Shown: one piece after another, positions 49,337 to 59,530 of the stretch
Layout: each line of letters opens with the position of its first letter
Position numbering within the stretch: position 1 is the stretch's first letter
DNA from: a candidate division WOR-3 bacterium
Lineage (GTDB): Bacteria > Hydrothermota > Hydrothermia > LBFQ01
Assembly (NCBI GenBank): GCA_027003075.1
Contig: JALWYV010000020.1
Location: 902 to 64,901, forward strand
Direction of reading: 5' to 3'
DNA length: 64,000 bases
The notes under the pieces: generated by a model
The model's input: only the letters and a program-made list of their open reading frames with translations
What the model was told of the DNA's origin: nothing
The model's database searches: none
Translations under genes and position numbers: made by a program

Positions 49337-51466
49337 CTACCTCACGATAATTTTTAATGTTCTGCCCTTCACCCTCACGAAGTACACACCTTTGGGTAAA
49401 TCTATCGGAACCTTGACCCAGCCGACGACCTCACCCAGGTCCCTGCTCATAACCGTACGGCCGGACGGGGAGTACACCCTGAGGATCACCCTCTGGGGGT
49501 AGGGGACCATAACCGTGACCTTGTTGTCGGAGTACGTCAGGTTCACATCGCCGTTATAGGCCGCTTCGTCGTAGGACGTGATTGAGCAGTTTACGGTGGT
49601 ATCCCTCTGGTAAAGGATGGCGTCGGCTATCACCACGTCTCCGTCGGGAGCATCGTCGTACATGACGACGTGAAGGGTATCGGCACAAACGGTATCCAAG
49701 AGTATCCAACCGGTATCGGAGGTCGCACTGTACTGACTGACGTAAACGTCCCTTACGCCGTCGTCGGCGTATATCCTGTAGTGTACGGAGGTGCTGCGGT
49801 TGGAACCCTTGCGGACCCACGCGTACACGACGTACCCGGAGAAGCATCCGAGGTCGGAGAACCATACGGAAGAGTCGGGCGCACCTCCCACGTAGGCGTA
49901 TCTGTAGTCGCCGTTGTATCCGCTGTAGGAGCTGAGGGTCCAGGTTCCGAAACCACTCCATCCGGCGTCTCCGTCGTCCACGACCTTGTCGCCGCATACC
50001 GTGCTACCTCTCCAGGACCACCTTATGGCGTCAAAGGCTATCCTGTCCCCGCTTATTGTTGAGGAGTCAAGGAGGATCACGTAACCGGAGGAGCCGGCGT
50101 TGAAGTTGTAGGTACCGAGGCTCACCCACTCGGAGGAGTAGTTACCCTGATCTATCCACACCGTATCCGTGCCACCGGCGTGGTTTACGATGTATGGGAC
50201 GTAGGCGTCGTACTGGGTGCCGGCCGGGATGTAGGCGAAGACCTCGTAGGGTCCGGTGTAGGGGAGGTTTGGGGTCCACTTCGCCCAGTTTGCAACACCG
50301 CTCCACGACCCCGTATGCCACATGTGGCCGTAGGCACCGTAGCCGTTGGCGGAGTCGTAGTACCAGTACTGACTTGGGCCGTACTTTCGGAACCCCTGAG
50401 AGAGCTCGTCCACTATCGTATCTACAGACGGGAGGCCGTTCACCAGAACCGTATAGTACGCCCAGTCCCAGTAATCTCCCGGGTCCGTGTGGGTCGCTCC
50501 GGGAACTTCAACGTGGCCGATAATATGGGCCCTGTCTTTAGGAAATCCGAAAGTGTTGGCAGCCATGCGGCTTATGTATGCGGACTTACGGTAGAGCGTA
50601 TCCGTGTACCATCCGTTCTCATCCACGTACCCTTCGTGTTCTATACCTATGGACTGGGTGTTGTAGGTCCAGTTTCCGGCGTGCCAGCCGATATCCTTGT
50701 GGCACACCATCTGAGTGGCTTCCCCCACGGGGGCCCCATCCGATGGGTTGTACTCGGAGTTGACAACGTAGTGGGCGGAGACGTTGGCTGAAGAGTTCTG
50801 GAACCACGAAATCGCCCCGTAGTACGTTCCCTGAGTGGTGTGAATTATTATGTAGTTTATGGGGTAGTCCGACGGCCTGTTGGCGCTGGTGTAGTTAGAG
50901 GAGTGGGCAGGCACCCACCTCTCAACTAACGGAAATTCCGGTCCCGGAGGACACGCAAGGAGACCCTCCCCGGAACCGTTCTCCACCTCCATCAGGTATT
51001 CGGGTATACGGATGTCCGGATGTGGGCGGGTTCCGAGTACGGGGAACTTCACGCCGGATTTAAGGAGCATAAGTATATCTCTGGCGAATACCTTTTCTGC
51101 ACCGGGAGGAGCGTACATCTCAAGGGCGCACACGAGATCTCCACCGCAGGCGTCAAGGTAATGTCTGAGCAGCAGGGCGCCGGCTTTTATGCCCGCCCAA
51201 TTGTCGTTAACTATACGATCTCGGGTAATACCGGAAACCTTTTCGGCATCTTCGATCTTAAATATACCCATCACACCGTACTGGGGAACAGCTTCGGCGT
51301 TGGGGTACGGTTTCGCTCTGTGAAATCTCGTCAAACGGTATGCTATAACCCTCAGGAGATCCCCATCCACACCTATCTCCACCTCAGCCCTATAGAAGTA
51401 CGATTCAAGGGTCTTCAACCTCGCCACATCTTCCGGCGAGGGACCGGACAGGAAAAATACCAGCAT
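49337..51466 (-). CDS. N-acetylmuramoyl-L-alanine amidase (Amidase_2/PGRP) domain protein with T9SS CTD
   Basis: IIIHTTQGTY...HAGNWTYNTQSIGIEHEG...HIIGHVEV zinc amidase core; ends GVYFVRVKGRTLKIIVR. Confidence 0.75.
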   Translation of the reverse strand: MLVFFLSGPSPEDVARLKTLESYFYRAEVEIGVDGDLLRVIAYRLTRFHRAKPYPNAEAVPQYGVMGIFKIEDAEKVSGITRDRIVNDNWAGIKAGALLLRHYLDACGGDLVCALEMYAPPGAEKVFARDILMLLKSGVKFPVLGTRPHPDIRIPEYLMEVENGSGEGLLACPPGPEFPLVERWVPAHSSNYTSANRPSDYPINYIIIHTTQGTYYGAISWFQNSSANVSAHYVVNSEYNPSDGAPVGEATQMVCHKDIGWHAGNWTYNTQSIGIEHEGYVDENGWYTDTLYRKSAYISRMAANTFGFPKDRAHIIGHVEVPGATHTDPGDYWDWAYYTVLVNGLPSVDTIVDELSQGFRKYGPSQYWYYDSANGYGAYGHMWHTGSWSGVANWAKWTPNLPYTGPYEVFAYIPAGTQYDAYVPYIVNHAGGTDTVWIDQGNYSSEWVSLGTYNFNAGSSGYVILLDSSTISGDRIAFDAIRWSWRGSTVCGDKVVDDGDAGWSGFGTWTLSSYSGYNGDYRYAYVGGAPDSSVWFSDLGCFSGYVVYAWVRKGSNRSTSVHYRIYADDGVRDVYVSQYSATSDTGWILLDTVCADTLHVVMYDDAPDGDVVIADAILYQRDTTVNCSITSYDEAAYNGDVNLTYSDNKVTVMVPYPQRVILRVYSPSGRTVMSRDLGEVVGWVKVPIDLPKGVYFVRVKGRTLKIIVR

Positions 51467-51556
51467 AACACGGCAATTATACGGATGGGCACCCTTACAA
51501 ATTTACCTCAATTAACCTGTATAACCCGCCGGGGGCGGCCTTAGAATAACCGACTT

Positions 51557-53323
51557 ATGCGCAAGAACGATATAGCGATAAAGATCGCTGGCCTTGCCGG
51601 AGATGGTAGCCTTACGACCGGTGAGATGCTTTCCAAGGTTCTGAAAAAAATGGGCCTTTACGTGGTGACTGTAAAGGACTTCCCGTCCAACATCCGTGGC
51701 CTTCCCACCAACATGACTGTCCGCGCCAAGTACGAACCCATATACGGACCCAAAGACGAGATAGATTACCTTATAGCCTTCAACGTCGCCAACCTGTACA
51801 ACCACGTCCACGAGGTCACCTCCGGAGGGGTGATCATATACGATTCTTCCGTAAAGGCCTTCCCCGAGGAGCTTAAGAGGGACGACGTCTTCATTTACGA
51901 GCTACCCCTCGCCAAAACTGCCCGGCAGGAGCTGGGCCTTGAGATCATAAAGAACGTGGTGGCCGTAGGCATAGCCGGGGAGATCTTAGGGTTTGATCAC
52001 GACCTCGTCCACAAGGTCATAGCGGCCTGGTTCAAGGAGAAGGGTGAAAAGATAATTAAGAAGAACATAGACGCCTACGAGCTGGGAAGGAAACTGGCTT
52101 CCCAGAAGGAGAAGAGGGACGAGTACGTAATTGAGAACCTCGGAGATCCCGGCCGCATAATGATGGTCGGGAACGAAGCCATAACCCTCGGGGCTCTGGC
52201 AGCCGGTGTACGTTTTGAGGCCGCCTATCCCATAACGCCCGCCTCGGAGATACTGGAGATGCTCGCCCGTTACCTGCCGGAGTTCAACGGTGCCGTCGTT
52301 CAGGCTGAAGATGAGATAGCCGCCATAAACTTCGCCCTCGGTGCCGCTTACGCTGGCGTCAGGTCAATGACCTCCTCATCCGGCCCCGGTCTGTCATTGA
52401 AGACGGAAACTATCGGCATGGCCTACAATAGCGAAACTCCGGTAGTTATAGTTGACTCCCAGAGGGCGGGGCCCTCCACGGGGTTGCCCACGAAGACGGA
52501 GCAGTCGGACGTACATCACGTACTCTTCGGTGGTCATGGAGATCTCCTTAAGATCGTAATTGCTCCCGCTACACTTGAGGAGGGGTTCTACCTGACGGCC
52601 GAGGCCTTCAACCTCGCCGAGAAGTACCAGACCCCCGTCGTAATACTCACGGAACAGGCCTTCGCTCAGAACAAGTACACGGCCGAGCCCAATGCCCTTG
52701 ATCCCTACAAGGTGAAGATAGACCGTGGTAAGCTCATATCCCGTGAGGAGGCCGAGAGAATAGCCCGGGAAGGTAAGACCTTCCTGAGGTACCAGTTTAC
52801 GGAGGATGGCGTATCACCGCGGACCATTCCCGGTTACCCCGGAACCTTCTTCAACGCCAACTCCAACGAACACGACGAGACGGGCTACACGACGGAGGAC
52901 ATCGTAATCCGCAAGAAGATGGTGGATAAGCGCCTCCGCAAGTACAGGACGGCCCTTGAGAGGGGAGATCTGCCGGAGCCGGTGTACTACGGGGACGAGA
53001 ACGCCGAGGTAGGTATAATAGGTTTCGGTGCCACGATGGGACCCATCCTTGAGGCCATGGAGCAGCTCAAGGAGAAAGGTATACCCTCCCACTACATGCG
53101 GCTCCGCACCCTCATGCCTCTGCACGAGGAGGAGGTCAGGAACTTCATATCACGCCATAAGTACGTCTTCGTGGTGGAACTGAACGCCCTCGGGCAGCTC
53201 TACAACTACCTGAAGAGGTACACGGAGGAACACGAGAAGATGTACCTCGTCAACAAGTACGTCGGGCAGATGTTCCGCCCGCGTGAGATAGCCGAGGCCA
53301 TAGAGAAGGTGGTCAAAGGCTGA
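51557..53323 (+). CDS. korA: 2-oxoacid:ferredoxin oxidoreductase, fused gamma-alpha subunit (KorA-type)
   Basis: N-terminal POR gamma-like domain then ITLGALAAGVRF...YPITPASEI alpha domain. Confidence 0.8.
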   Translation: MRKNDIAIKIAGLAGDGSLTTGEMLSKVLKKMGLYVVTVKDFPSNIRGLPTNMTVRAKYEPIYGPKDEIDYLIAFNVANLYNHVHEVTSGGVIIYDSSVKAFPEELKRDDVFIYELPLAKTARQELGLEIIKNVVAVGIAGEILGFDHDLVHKVIAAWFKEKGEKIIKKNIDAYELGRKLASQKEKRDEYVIENLGDPGRIMMVGNEAITLGALAAGVRFEAAYPITPASEILEMLARYLPEFNGAVVQAEDEIAAINFALGAAYAGVRSMTSSSGPGLSLKTETIGMAYNSETPVVIVDSQRAGPSTGLPTKTEQSDVHHVLFGGHGDLLKIVIAPATLEEGFYLTAEAFNLAEKYQTPVVILTEQAFAQNKYTAEPNALDPYKVKIDRGKLISREEAERIAREGKTFLRYQFTEDGVSPRTIPGYPGTFFNANSNEHDETGYTTEDIVIRKKMVDKRLRKYRTALERGDLPEPVYYGDENAEVGIIGFGATMGPILEAMEQLKEKGIPSHYMRLRTLMPLHEEEVRNFISRHKYVFVVELNALGQLYNYLKRYTEEHEKMYLVNKYVGQMFRPREIAEAIEKVVKG

Positions 53324-53361
53324 GAAAACGGATTGAGATAATAATCGCAGAAGCCGGCAGG

Positions 53362-54045
53362 GTGAGGAGGTACACCCTTGCCGGCCTTTCTTTAACCCTG
53401 TTCAAGGTAGGGGTGGGTCTTCTCGTCTTCTTCGGCCTGATAGGTTTCGTCGTAACTGCGCTGGCTTTAATAGCCCTCGTATTTCAGGGGAAGGTGATAA
53501 AGAAGTACTACGACCTCCTGACAGCCGAGGAGCAGCTCAACGAGTTGAAAAGGAAGTACGTTCTCCTTGAGAAGAAATTGCGGAGGATAGATTCCGCCCT
53601 CATAAGCGGACTTCCGGGGGACACCCTCCCGGCGGGGGAGAATACGGGGACGATAGTACCCCTACCGATATTCGTTCAGGAGTGCGATACGCCGTGCGCC
53701 TATCCGGTCTCTGCTCCGATAATCAGGGGGATGCACGGAGATTACCACGTGGGTGTAGATCTGGCCGTCCCCGAAGGTACTCCGGTTTTCGCTACGGCCA
53801 GAGGTGTGGTGAAAGAGGTGGGGAGAGATAAGAGGCTCGGGTTGTACGTACGAATAAAACACGTCAGAGGGTACGAAACCGTTTACGCCCACCTTGACAG
53901 TGCGGTGGTTAAGGTCGGCGATACGGTACGGACGGCCGACATGATCGGTTTCGCTGGCAGGACGGGTTTGACCACGGGTCCCCACGTCCACTACGAGGTC
54001 TACAGGGATGGCAGGCCCGTTGACCCGGCGAAATTGGTGGAATAA
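53362..54045 (+). CDS. M23-family metallopeptidase
   Basis: HVGVDLAVPEGTPV...GPHVHYEV. Confidence 0.85.
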   Translation: MRRYTLAGLSLTLFKVGVGLLVFFGLIGFVVTALALIALVFQGKVIKKYYDLLTAEEQLNELKRKYVLLEKKLRRIDSALISGLPGDTLPAGENTGTIVPLPIFVQECDTPCAYPVSAPIIRGMHGDYHVGVDLAVPEGTPVFATARGVVKEVGRDKRLGLYVRIKHVRGYETVYAHLDSAVVKVGDTVRTADMIGFAGRTGLTTGPHVHYEVYRDGRPVDPAKLVE

Positions 54046-54063
54046 TCCGCAGTAAAATACCCC

Positions 54064-55569
54064 GTGCGGAAACTTTACGTTTACGATTTCGGTTCCCAGT
54101 ACACGCAACTAATAGCGAGGCGTTTCAGGGAACTCGGTTATTACAGCGAGATTTTACCTTTCGACTCCCCTCTGCCCGAGGATGCGGGGGCGGTCGTACT
54201 GTCGGGTAGTCCCTACAGCGTTTACGAGGAGAACGCTCCACTTCCCCGGAGAGAGGTGCTGACGAAAGGGGTGCCGGTCCTCGGCATATGCTACGGCCTT
54301 CAGGTTATAACGCACCTTCTTGGAGGTAAGGTAGCCCCGTCTCAAAGGAAGGAGTACGGACCGGCGGAGCTGGAGGTTCTGGACGAGGATCATCTCTTTA
54401 AAGGGCTGCCCGAACGGTTCCGCGTATGGATGAGCCACGGGGACAGGGTTGAGGAGTTACCTGAGGAGTTTTACCCCCTTGCCCGGACGGAGGGGTCACC
54501 GTACGCCGCGATCTTTAACCCGGATAGGCGTACGTTCGGGGTCCAGTTCCACCCGGAGGTGGTGCATACGGAGTACGGCACGGATATACTGTGGAACTTC
54601 GCGAAGTTCGCCGGTCTTGAGAGGACGTGGACACCGAGGAACATCGTGGAGCACCTGAAGGAGGAGATAAGGAGAAGGGTGGGCAAGGATAGGGTACTTC
54701 TGGCCCTCTCCGGTGGTGTGGATTCAACGGTTCTGGGATACCTCCTGAAGGAGGCCGTACCCGGCCAGACAGTTTTCGTTTTCGTTGATACGGGGCTGCT
54801 GAGATGGGGAGAGAAGGAGAGGGTAAGGAGGCTGTTCCCGGAGGTTAACGTCATAGAAGCGGGAGACAGGTTCCTCTCAGCCCTTAAGGGGGTAACCCAC
54901 CCGGAAGAAAAGCGTAAGATAATCGGTCACCTCTTCGTTGAGGTGTTTGAGGAGTTCGCCTCAGGTCTGGATCCAAAGCCGAGGTTTCTGGCTCAGGGGA
55001 CCCTCTACCCGGACGTCATAGAGTCCGTCTCCGTGGTGGGGCCGTCGGCAACCATAAAGACCCACCACAACGTAGGGGGACTGCCGGAGAGGCTCGGTTT
55101 TGAACTACTTGAGCCTTTCCGTTTCCTCTTCAAGGACGAGGTAAGGGCGATAGGGAGGGTCATGGGACTCCCGGAGGAGGTGATAAGCCGACATCCGTTC
55201 CCCGGTCCTGGCCTCGCCGTCAGGATAATCGGTGAGATTACGAGGGACAGGTTGGAGAGGGTACGCCATGCGGACCGGATAGTGGAGGAGGAGGTGAGGG
55301 CGGCCGGTCTGTACGAAAAGGTCTGGCAGGCCTTCGCCGTTCTGGTGCCGGTAAGGACGGTAGGCGTTCAGGGGGACTTCAGGACAGAGGGGGAGGTGAT
55401 AGCCGTGAGGATCGTTGAGAGCCTTGACGGTATGACGGCGGACTGGAGCAGGGTTCCCCACGATCTCCTGGCCAGAATAAGCGAGAGGATAACCGGGGAG
55501 GTCCGGGGTGTCAACAGGGTAGTTTACGACATAACCTCCAAGCCTCCGGGGACGATTGAGTGGGAGTAG
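54064..55569 (+). CDS. guaA: GMP synthase (glutamine-hydrolysing)
   Basis: GATase (GICYGLQ) plus SGGVDSTV PP-loop; C-terminal dimerisation domain. Confidence 0.9.
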   Translation: MRKLYVYDFGSQYTQLIARRFRELGYYSEILPFDSPLPEDAGAVVLSGSPYSVYEENAPLPRREVLTKGVPVLGICYGLQVITHLLGGKVAPSQRKEYGPAELEVLDEDHLFKGLPERFRVWMSHGDRVEELPEEFYPLARTEGSPYAAIFNPDRRTFGVQFHPEVVHTEYGTDILWNFAKFAGLERTWTPRNIVEHLKEEIRRRVGKDRVLLALSGGVDSTVLGYLLKEAVPGQTVFVFVDTGLLRWGEKERVRRLFPEVNVIEAGDRFLSALKGVTHPEEKRKIIGHLFVEVFEEFASGLDPKPRFLAQGTLYPDVIESVSVVGPSATIKTHHNVGGLPERLGFELLEPFRFLFKDEVRAIGRVMGLPEEVISRHPFPGPGLAVRIIGEITRDRLERVRHADRIVEEEVRAAGLYEKVWQAFAVLVPVRTVGVQGDFRTEGEVIAVRIVESLDGMTADWSRVPHDLLARISERITGEVRGVNRVVYDITSKPPGTIEWE

Positions 55570-55605
55570 AAGTTTACCACGTGCAGACCTTATAATATAC
55601 ATGCT

Positions 55606-57036
55606 ATGAGAGTAGGATTTGCAACATTTACAATTACTCTGGCGGCATCGGTGCTTGATGCCGCCAGTACGGGGTTCGTCTACACCTTCGGGAAAAACCA
55701 GAACGATTACTCCTACGGAGCCGGTGTTCTGGTACTTGAGGACGGCTACCTCACGGTCGGTGGGGGACTTCTCGGTGGAGGAGGAAAGACGGACGGTACG
55801 GTTATCAAAATTGACGCCCTCGGAAATCTACTGTGGTACTCAACCTATGGGAGGGATACCAGAGACGAGCTGAGGTTCCCGTTTGAGAGTGATTGGGGTA
55901 CGTACCACGTATTTGGTAAGTTTGGAAGCTCTCCCATCCTTTTGGAACTGGACGTTGATGGCTCTTTTCTCGGCAGCATCTCCTACGGTATTGAAGGATA
56001 CTTTACCGACGTGGTACGTCTGAGTGACGGTTACGCGGCCGTTGGGTGGCTCAAAGGGGCCGAGATGCCTTTCCTTATGGTAATGGACGACTCCGGAAGG
56101 GTCAGGCTGGCCAGATACTACACGGTCGGGAACTTCTCAGGTGTCTATCCCGACGGTAGCGGAGGTTTCGTAATCGTAGGAAGCGTAGGGTCGGCGGGTC
56201 TCGTACTGAGGGTGGACTCTTCCGGAAACGTGGTATGGGCGAAGGGGTACGACGGCATACATCAGGAGTACCTTAAGGACGTTTACGTGGCTGCCTCAAG
56301 CATCTTCGTGCTTGGATCAACGACATCTGAGGGAGCCGGGAACTGGGACCTCTGGCTCCTCGTCCTTGATCTCACAGATGGAAGCGTAAACCTCTCCCGA
56401 ACCTACGGAGGGAGGAACGAGGACCACGCCCGTACCCTCATGCCCTCCTCCGGGAAACTGGGGGTATTCGCCTACACCAGATCCTGGGGAGCAGGAGCCG
56501 AATGGTGGCTCATGGAGGTGGACGCCCTTGGAAACGTCATAACATCCTTGACCATCGGTGGAAGCGGGGACGACTTTCCGGAGAACGGCGCCCCTACTCC
56601 CGACGGCGGCTACTTCCTCGTCGGCTACACCCAGACCCCGGCCTTCAACTCCGGAGGGGCGTACGACCACATGGTTGCCAAACTCCCCGCCGATAAGTAC
56701 GTGTGTATAGAGAGTGGAACCCCGACACCGGAGGTTTACGACTTCCTTCCCGACACCTACTCCGTAAGCGTTGGCGTCTATTCGCTGTCCGTTCCCGAAA
56801 CCTATCCTACGGTGGTATCTACCATGCCGGATATAGACGTTAAGAACGTATGTGTCCCCTTCGGCGACGGTGACGAACTCGGTGTATCCGAACGGACGAA
56901 GTGCGGTGATCTTGATCTACAGGGAGGAAACGTCCGCATCTACACCGTGGATGGCAGGAGGGTAACCGGAGACCTGAAGCCCGGCGTGTACGTGGTCGTT
57001 GCAAAGGGGCAACGCTACAAAGTGTTGATCAGGTAA
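55606..57036 (+). CDS. Hypothetical beta-propeller-like secreted protein with T9SS CTD
   Basis: Ends RIYTVDGRRVTGDLKPGVYVVVAKGQRYKVLIR. Confidence 0.6.
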   Translation: MRVGFATFTITLAASVLDAASTGFVYTFGKNQNDYSYGAGVLVLEDGYLTVGGGLLGGGGKTDGTVIKIDALGNLLWYSTYGRDTRDELRFPFESDWGTYHVFGKFGSSPILLELDVDGSFLGSISYGIEGYFTDVVRLSDGYAAVGWLKGAEMPFLMVMDDSGRVRLARYYTVGNFSGVYPDGSGGFVIVGSVGSAGLVLRVDSSGNVVWAKGYDGIHQEYLKDVYVAASSIFVLGSTTSEGAGNWDLWLLVLDLTDGSVNLSRTYGGRNEDHARTLMPSSGKLGVFAYTRSWGAGAEWWLMEVDALGNVITSLTIGGSGDDFPENGAPTPDGGYFLVGYTQTPAFNSGGAYDHMVAKLPADKYVCIESGTPTPEVYDFLPDTYSVSVGVYSLSVPETYPTVVSTMPDIDVKNVCVPFGDGDELGVSERTKCGDLDLQGGNVRIYTVDGRRVTGDLKPGVYVVVAKGQRYKVLIR

Positions 57037-57067
57037 GGCTTTACAGCACATCTTTATAATTTCCATC

Positions 57068-57898
57068 GTGCCGTACGTGGACGTAAGGAACTCGCACTAC
57101 TACTACGAGGAGAGGGGAGAGGGGGACAGGACGATCGTATTCTCCCACGGCTTCCTCCTTGACTCGGAGATGTTCCGGTACCAGATGGAGGAGTTTGCGA
57201 GGGATTACAGGTGCATAGCCTTTGACTGGAGAGGGCAGGGGAAGAGCGAGCCGGCTCCGTGCGGATACGAGATAGAGGAATTATACAAAGATGCCGTGGA
57301 CCTGCTGAAAATTTTCGGATGCGATAAGAAGCCCTGCGTGTGGGTGGGGGTCTCCATGGGTGGTTTCGTTGGCATGAGGCTGGCCGCCCGCAATCCGGCC
57401 CTCCTCAGGGGCGTGGTACTGTCCGACACCGGTGCCACCGGGGAGAAGCTGAAGAAGAAGTTCGTCTGGACGCTTATGGCCGTCATATCCTACCTCTTCG
57501 GGATCGGTCCAGTGGCCGGAGGCGTAAAGAAGGCCCTCTTTTCACCCAGGTCCCTGAATAAACCTTTCGTAAGGGAGTACGAGCAGAAGTGGAAGGAGTG
57601 GTTTAAGGATAAAAAGAAACGGGATGCCCTTGTAAAAACGGCGTGGGCGATATTCAACAGACCGTCCTTTGAGGACGAGGTTAAGAGTATCGGGATACCC
57701 ACCCTCGTACTCGTGGGGGAAGACGACAGATCCCGGCCCTACGAGGAGGCCCTGCAACTTCACAGGGCGATAGAGGGGAGTAAGCTGTACGTTATACCGG
57801 AGGCCGGGCATAGCGCACCGCTTGAGAACCCCGAGGAGTTCAACCGCCGTCTGAGGGATTTCCTCAGGGAGGTGTTCGGTGAAGGTAGGACGGGTTGA
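57068..57898 (+). CDS. Alpha/beta-hydrolase-fold protein
   Basis: HGFLLD, GVSMGG nucleophile elbow, C-terminal His region. Confidence 0.8.
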   Translation: MPYVDVRNSHYYYEERGEGDRTIVFSHGFLLDSEMFRYQMEEFARDYRCIAFDWRGQGKSEPAPCGYEIEELYKDAVDLLKIFGCDKKPCVWVGVSMGGFVGMRLAARNPALLRGVVLSDTGATGEKLKKKFVWTLMAVISYLFGIGPVAGGVKKALFSPRSLNKPFVREYEQKWKEWFKDKKKRDALVKTAWAIFNRPSFEDEVKSIGIPTLVLVGEDDRSRPYEEALQLHRAIEGSKLYVIPEAGHSAPLENPEEFNRRLRDFLREVFGEGRTG

Positions 57899-58814
57899 CT
57901 TCGCAGGTAAGGTATCCGTCGCGATAGAGAAGGACGGAGGGTGGGTTCCCCTTGACGATCTGGGGTTAAGTGAGTACGGTCAGGACCTCCTCGCCCTCCT
58001 GAGGGACTGGGAGAGTGTAAAGGGCAGGGTTGAGGAGACCTTAAAGGACGCCCGTCCCCGTAACGGTAAACCCCTTATACCTTTCAGGCCCCTGTCCTTC
58101 AGGGACTTCATGCTCTGGGAAAGGCACTACGTTCAGGCCAAACTCGGCCTGATCCGAACCTTCAGACCCGCCCTTTACCCACTGTTTAAACTCCCCATCC
58201 TGGGCCGTTCCCTGAAGCCTCCCCGTATGTTTTACGAGAGACCGGTTTACTACGTGGGCAACCACCTCCAGATGTACACGGACGGGGACGTCGTGCCTTA
58301 CCCATCGTACACCCGCTACCTTGACTACGAGTTTGAGCTGGGCCTGGTTATAGTTAAGGGTGGCAGGAACCCCTCACCGGAGGAGGCCGAAGGTATGGTC
58401 GGAGGGGTCGTAATCCTCAACGACTTTACAGCGCGGGACATGCAGGTGAAGGAGTTCTACGAAAGCCCCTTCGGACCCGTCGTAAAGGCAAAGAACTTCG
58501 CCACCTCCATATCCTCCTTCGTGATACCAGCACCCGAGATCCTCCCCCGCTTCACGGACCTGAGGGTACGGGTTTACATAAACGGAGAACTCGTATCGGA
58601 GTCCACTACCGCCGACCCCCAGCACCTCCCCCGGGACATGGTAGCGTACGCCGGACTTGAGGAGAACCTGTACCCCGGTGAACTCATGGGTACGGGAACA
58701 GTCCCCGACTCCTGCGGCGTTGAAATTGGCAGGTTCCTGAAGGAGGGGGACGAGATTACGCTTGAACTGGTGGGTTTCGGTAGTCTGACCAACCGTATAG
58801 GCGGGAGAACCTGA
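57879..58814 (+). CDS. Fumarylacetoacetate hydrolase (FAH)-family protein
   Basis: FAH-fold C-terminal half, metal-binding acidic residues. Confidence 0.7.
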   Translation: MKVGRVDFAGKVSVAIEKDGGWVPLDDLGLSEYGQDLLALLRDWESVKGRVEETLKDARPRNGKPLIPFRPLSFRDFMLWERHYVQAKLGLIRTFRPALYPLFKLPILGRSLKPPRMFYERPVYYVGNHLQMYTDGDVVPYPSYTRYLDYEFELGLVIVKGGRNPSPEEAEGMVGGVVILNDFTARDMQVKEFYESPFGPVVKAKNFATSISSFVIPAPEILPRFTDLRVRVYINGELVSESTTADPQHLPRDMVAYAGLEENLYPGELMGTGTVPDSCGVEIGRFLKEGDEITLELVGFGSLTNRIGGRT

Positions 58815-59530
58815 TGTACTTAAGGCTCGGAATATACGACTCCCACGTACTTCTGAGGCTTCCTCCCTCCCTCGTGGGGGTTATGGACGTGGTTGAGAGG
58901 ATAAACGTCTACTACCCGTGCGAATGTAAGAGGCACATGTGCGCCTTCCCATCCCACAGGAACGAGTTCCTTCCCACGCCCGGCGTGATCCACGTGAGGC
59001 CCGAAGACAGATGGAAGGTCGCCGCCTTTCTGGGGAGGGTCCTGAGGAACTACTACGGTCCCGAAACGGAACGTTTTGCCCTCTTCCATGCCAGCGCCGT
59101 GTCCGACGGCAGGGAGGCCATCCTGTTCCTCGGCTATCATGCCGGAGGAAAGAGTACCCTCTTGAGGGGATTCGTTGGGGCCGGGTACCGCTACCTGTCC
59201 GACGACATGGTGGCCTTCGGCCTTGAGGACGGGCTGGTGTACCCCACCCTTCCCGTGGATCATACCCTGAGGTTTGAGAAGGTGTCCTATCCCGTCCCCA
59301 TAGGTACGGTTTTCCTCGTACAGTACTCCTCCGAAAAGCCCACCGAGATAGAGGAGGCAGAACCCCACGAAGTCCTGCTCTTTGCCATGGAGAACCTGCT
59401 GAATCCCGGATCTATCGGTAAGAGAGGTCTGGACCTGCTTATGAAAGCCCTTTCAGAGGCGAAAACGTACAGGAGTCTCCATTCTGATTGGAGGGACGTC
59501 CTTGAATTCTACTCCTCCAGATCCCTGTAG
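58814..59530 (+). CDS. HprK C-terminal-domain-like P-loop protein
   Basis: LFLGYHAGGKSTLLRGFVGAGYRYLSDDMVAF resembles the HPr kinase Walker A plus downstream ADD motif; start overlaps FAH stop (TGATG). Confidence 0.5.
   Translation: MYLRLGIYDSHVLLRLPPSLVGVMDVVERINVYYPCECKRHMCAFPSHRNEFLPTPGVIHVRPEDRWKVAAFLGRVLRNYYGPETERFALFHASAVSDGREAILFLGYHAGGKSTLLRGFVGAGYRYLSDDMVAFGLEDGLVYPTLPVDHTLRFEKVSYPVPIGTVFLVQYSSEKPTEIEEAEPHEVLLFAMENLLNPGSIGKRGLDLLMKALSEAKTYRSLHSDWRDVLEFYSSRSL

Noticed and set aside
49554-49997. Arg-rich 147-aa ORF and other long ORFs inside the amidase gene
   Set aside because: Alternative frames of a confidently assigned long gene; composition artefact
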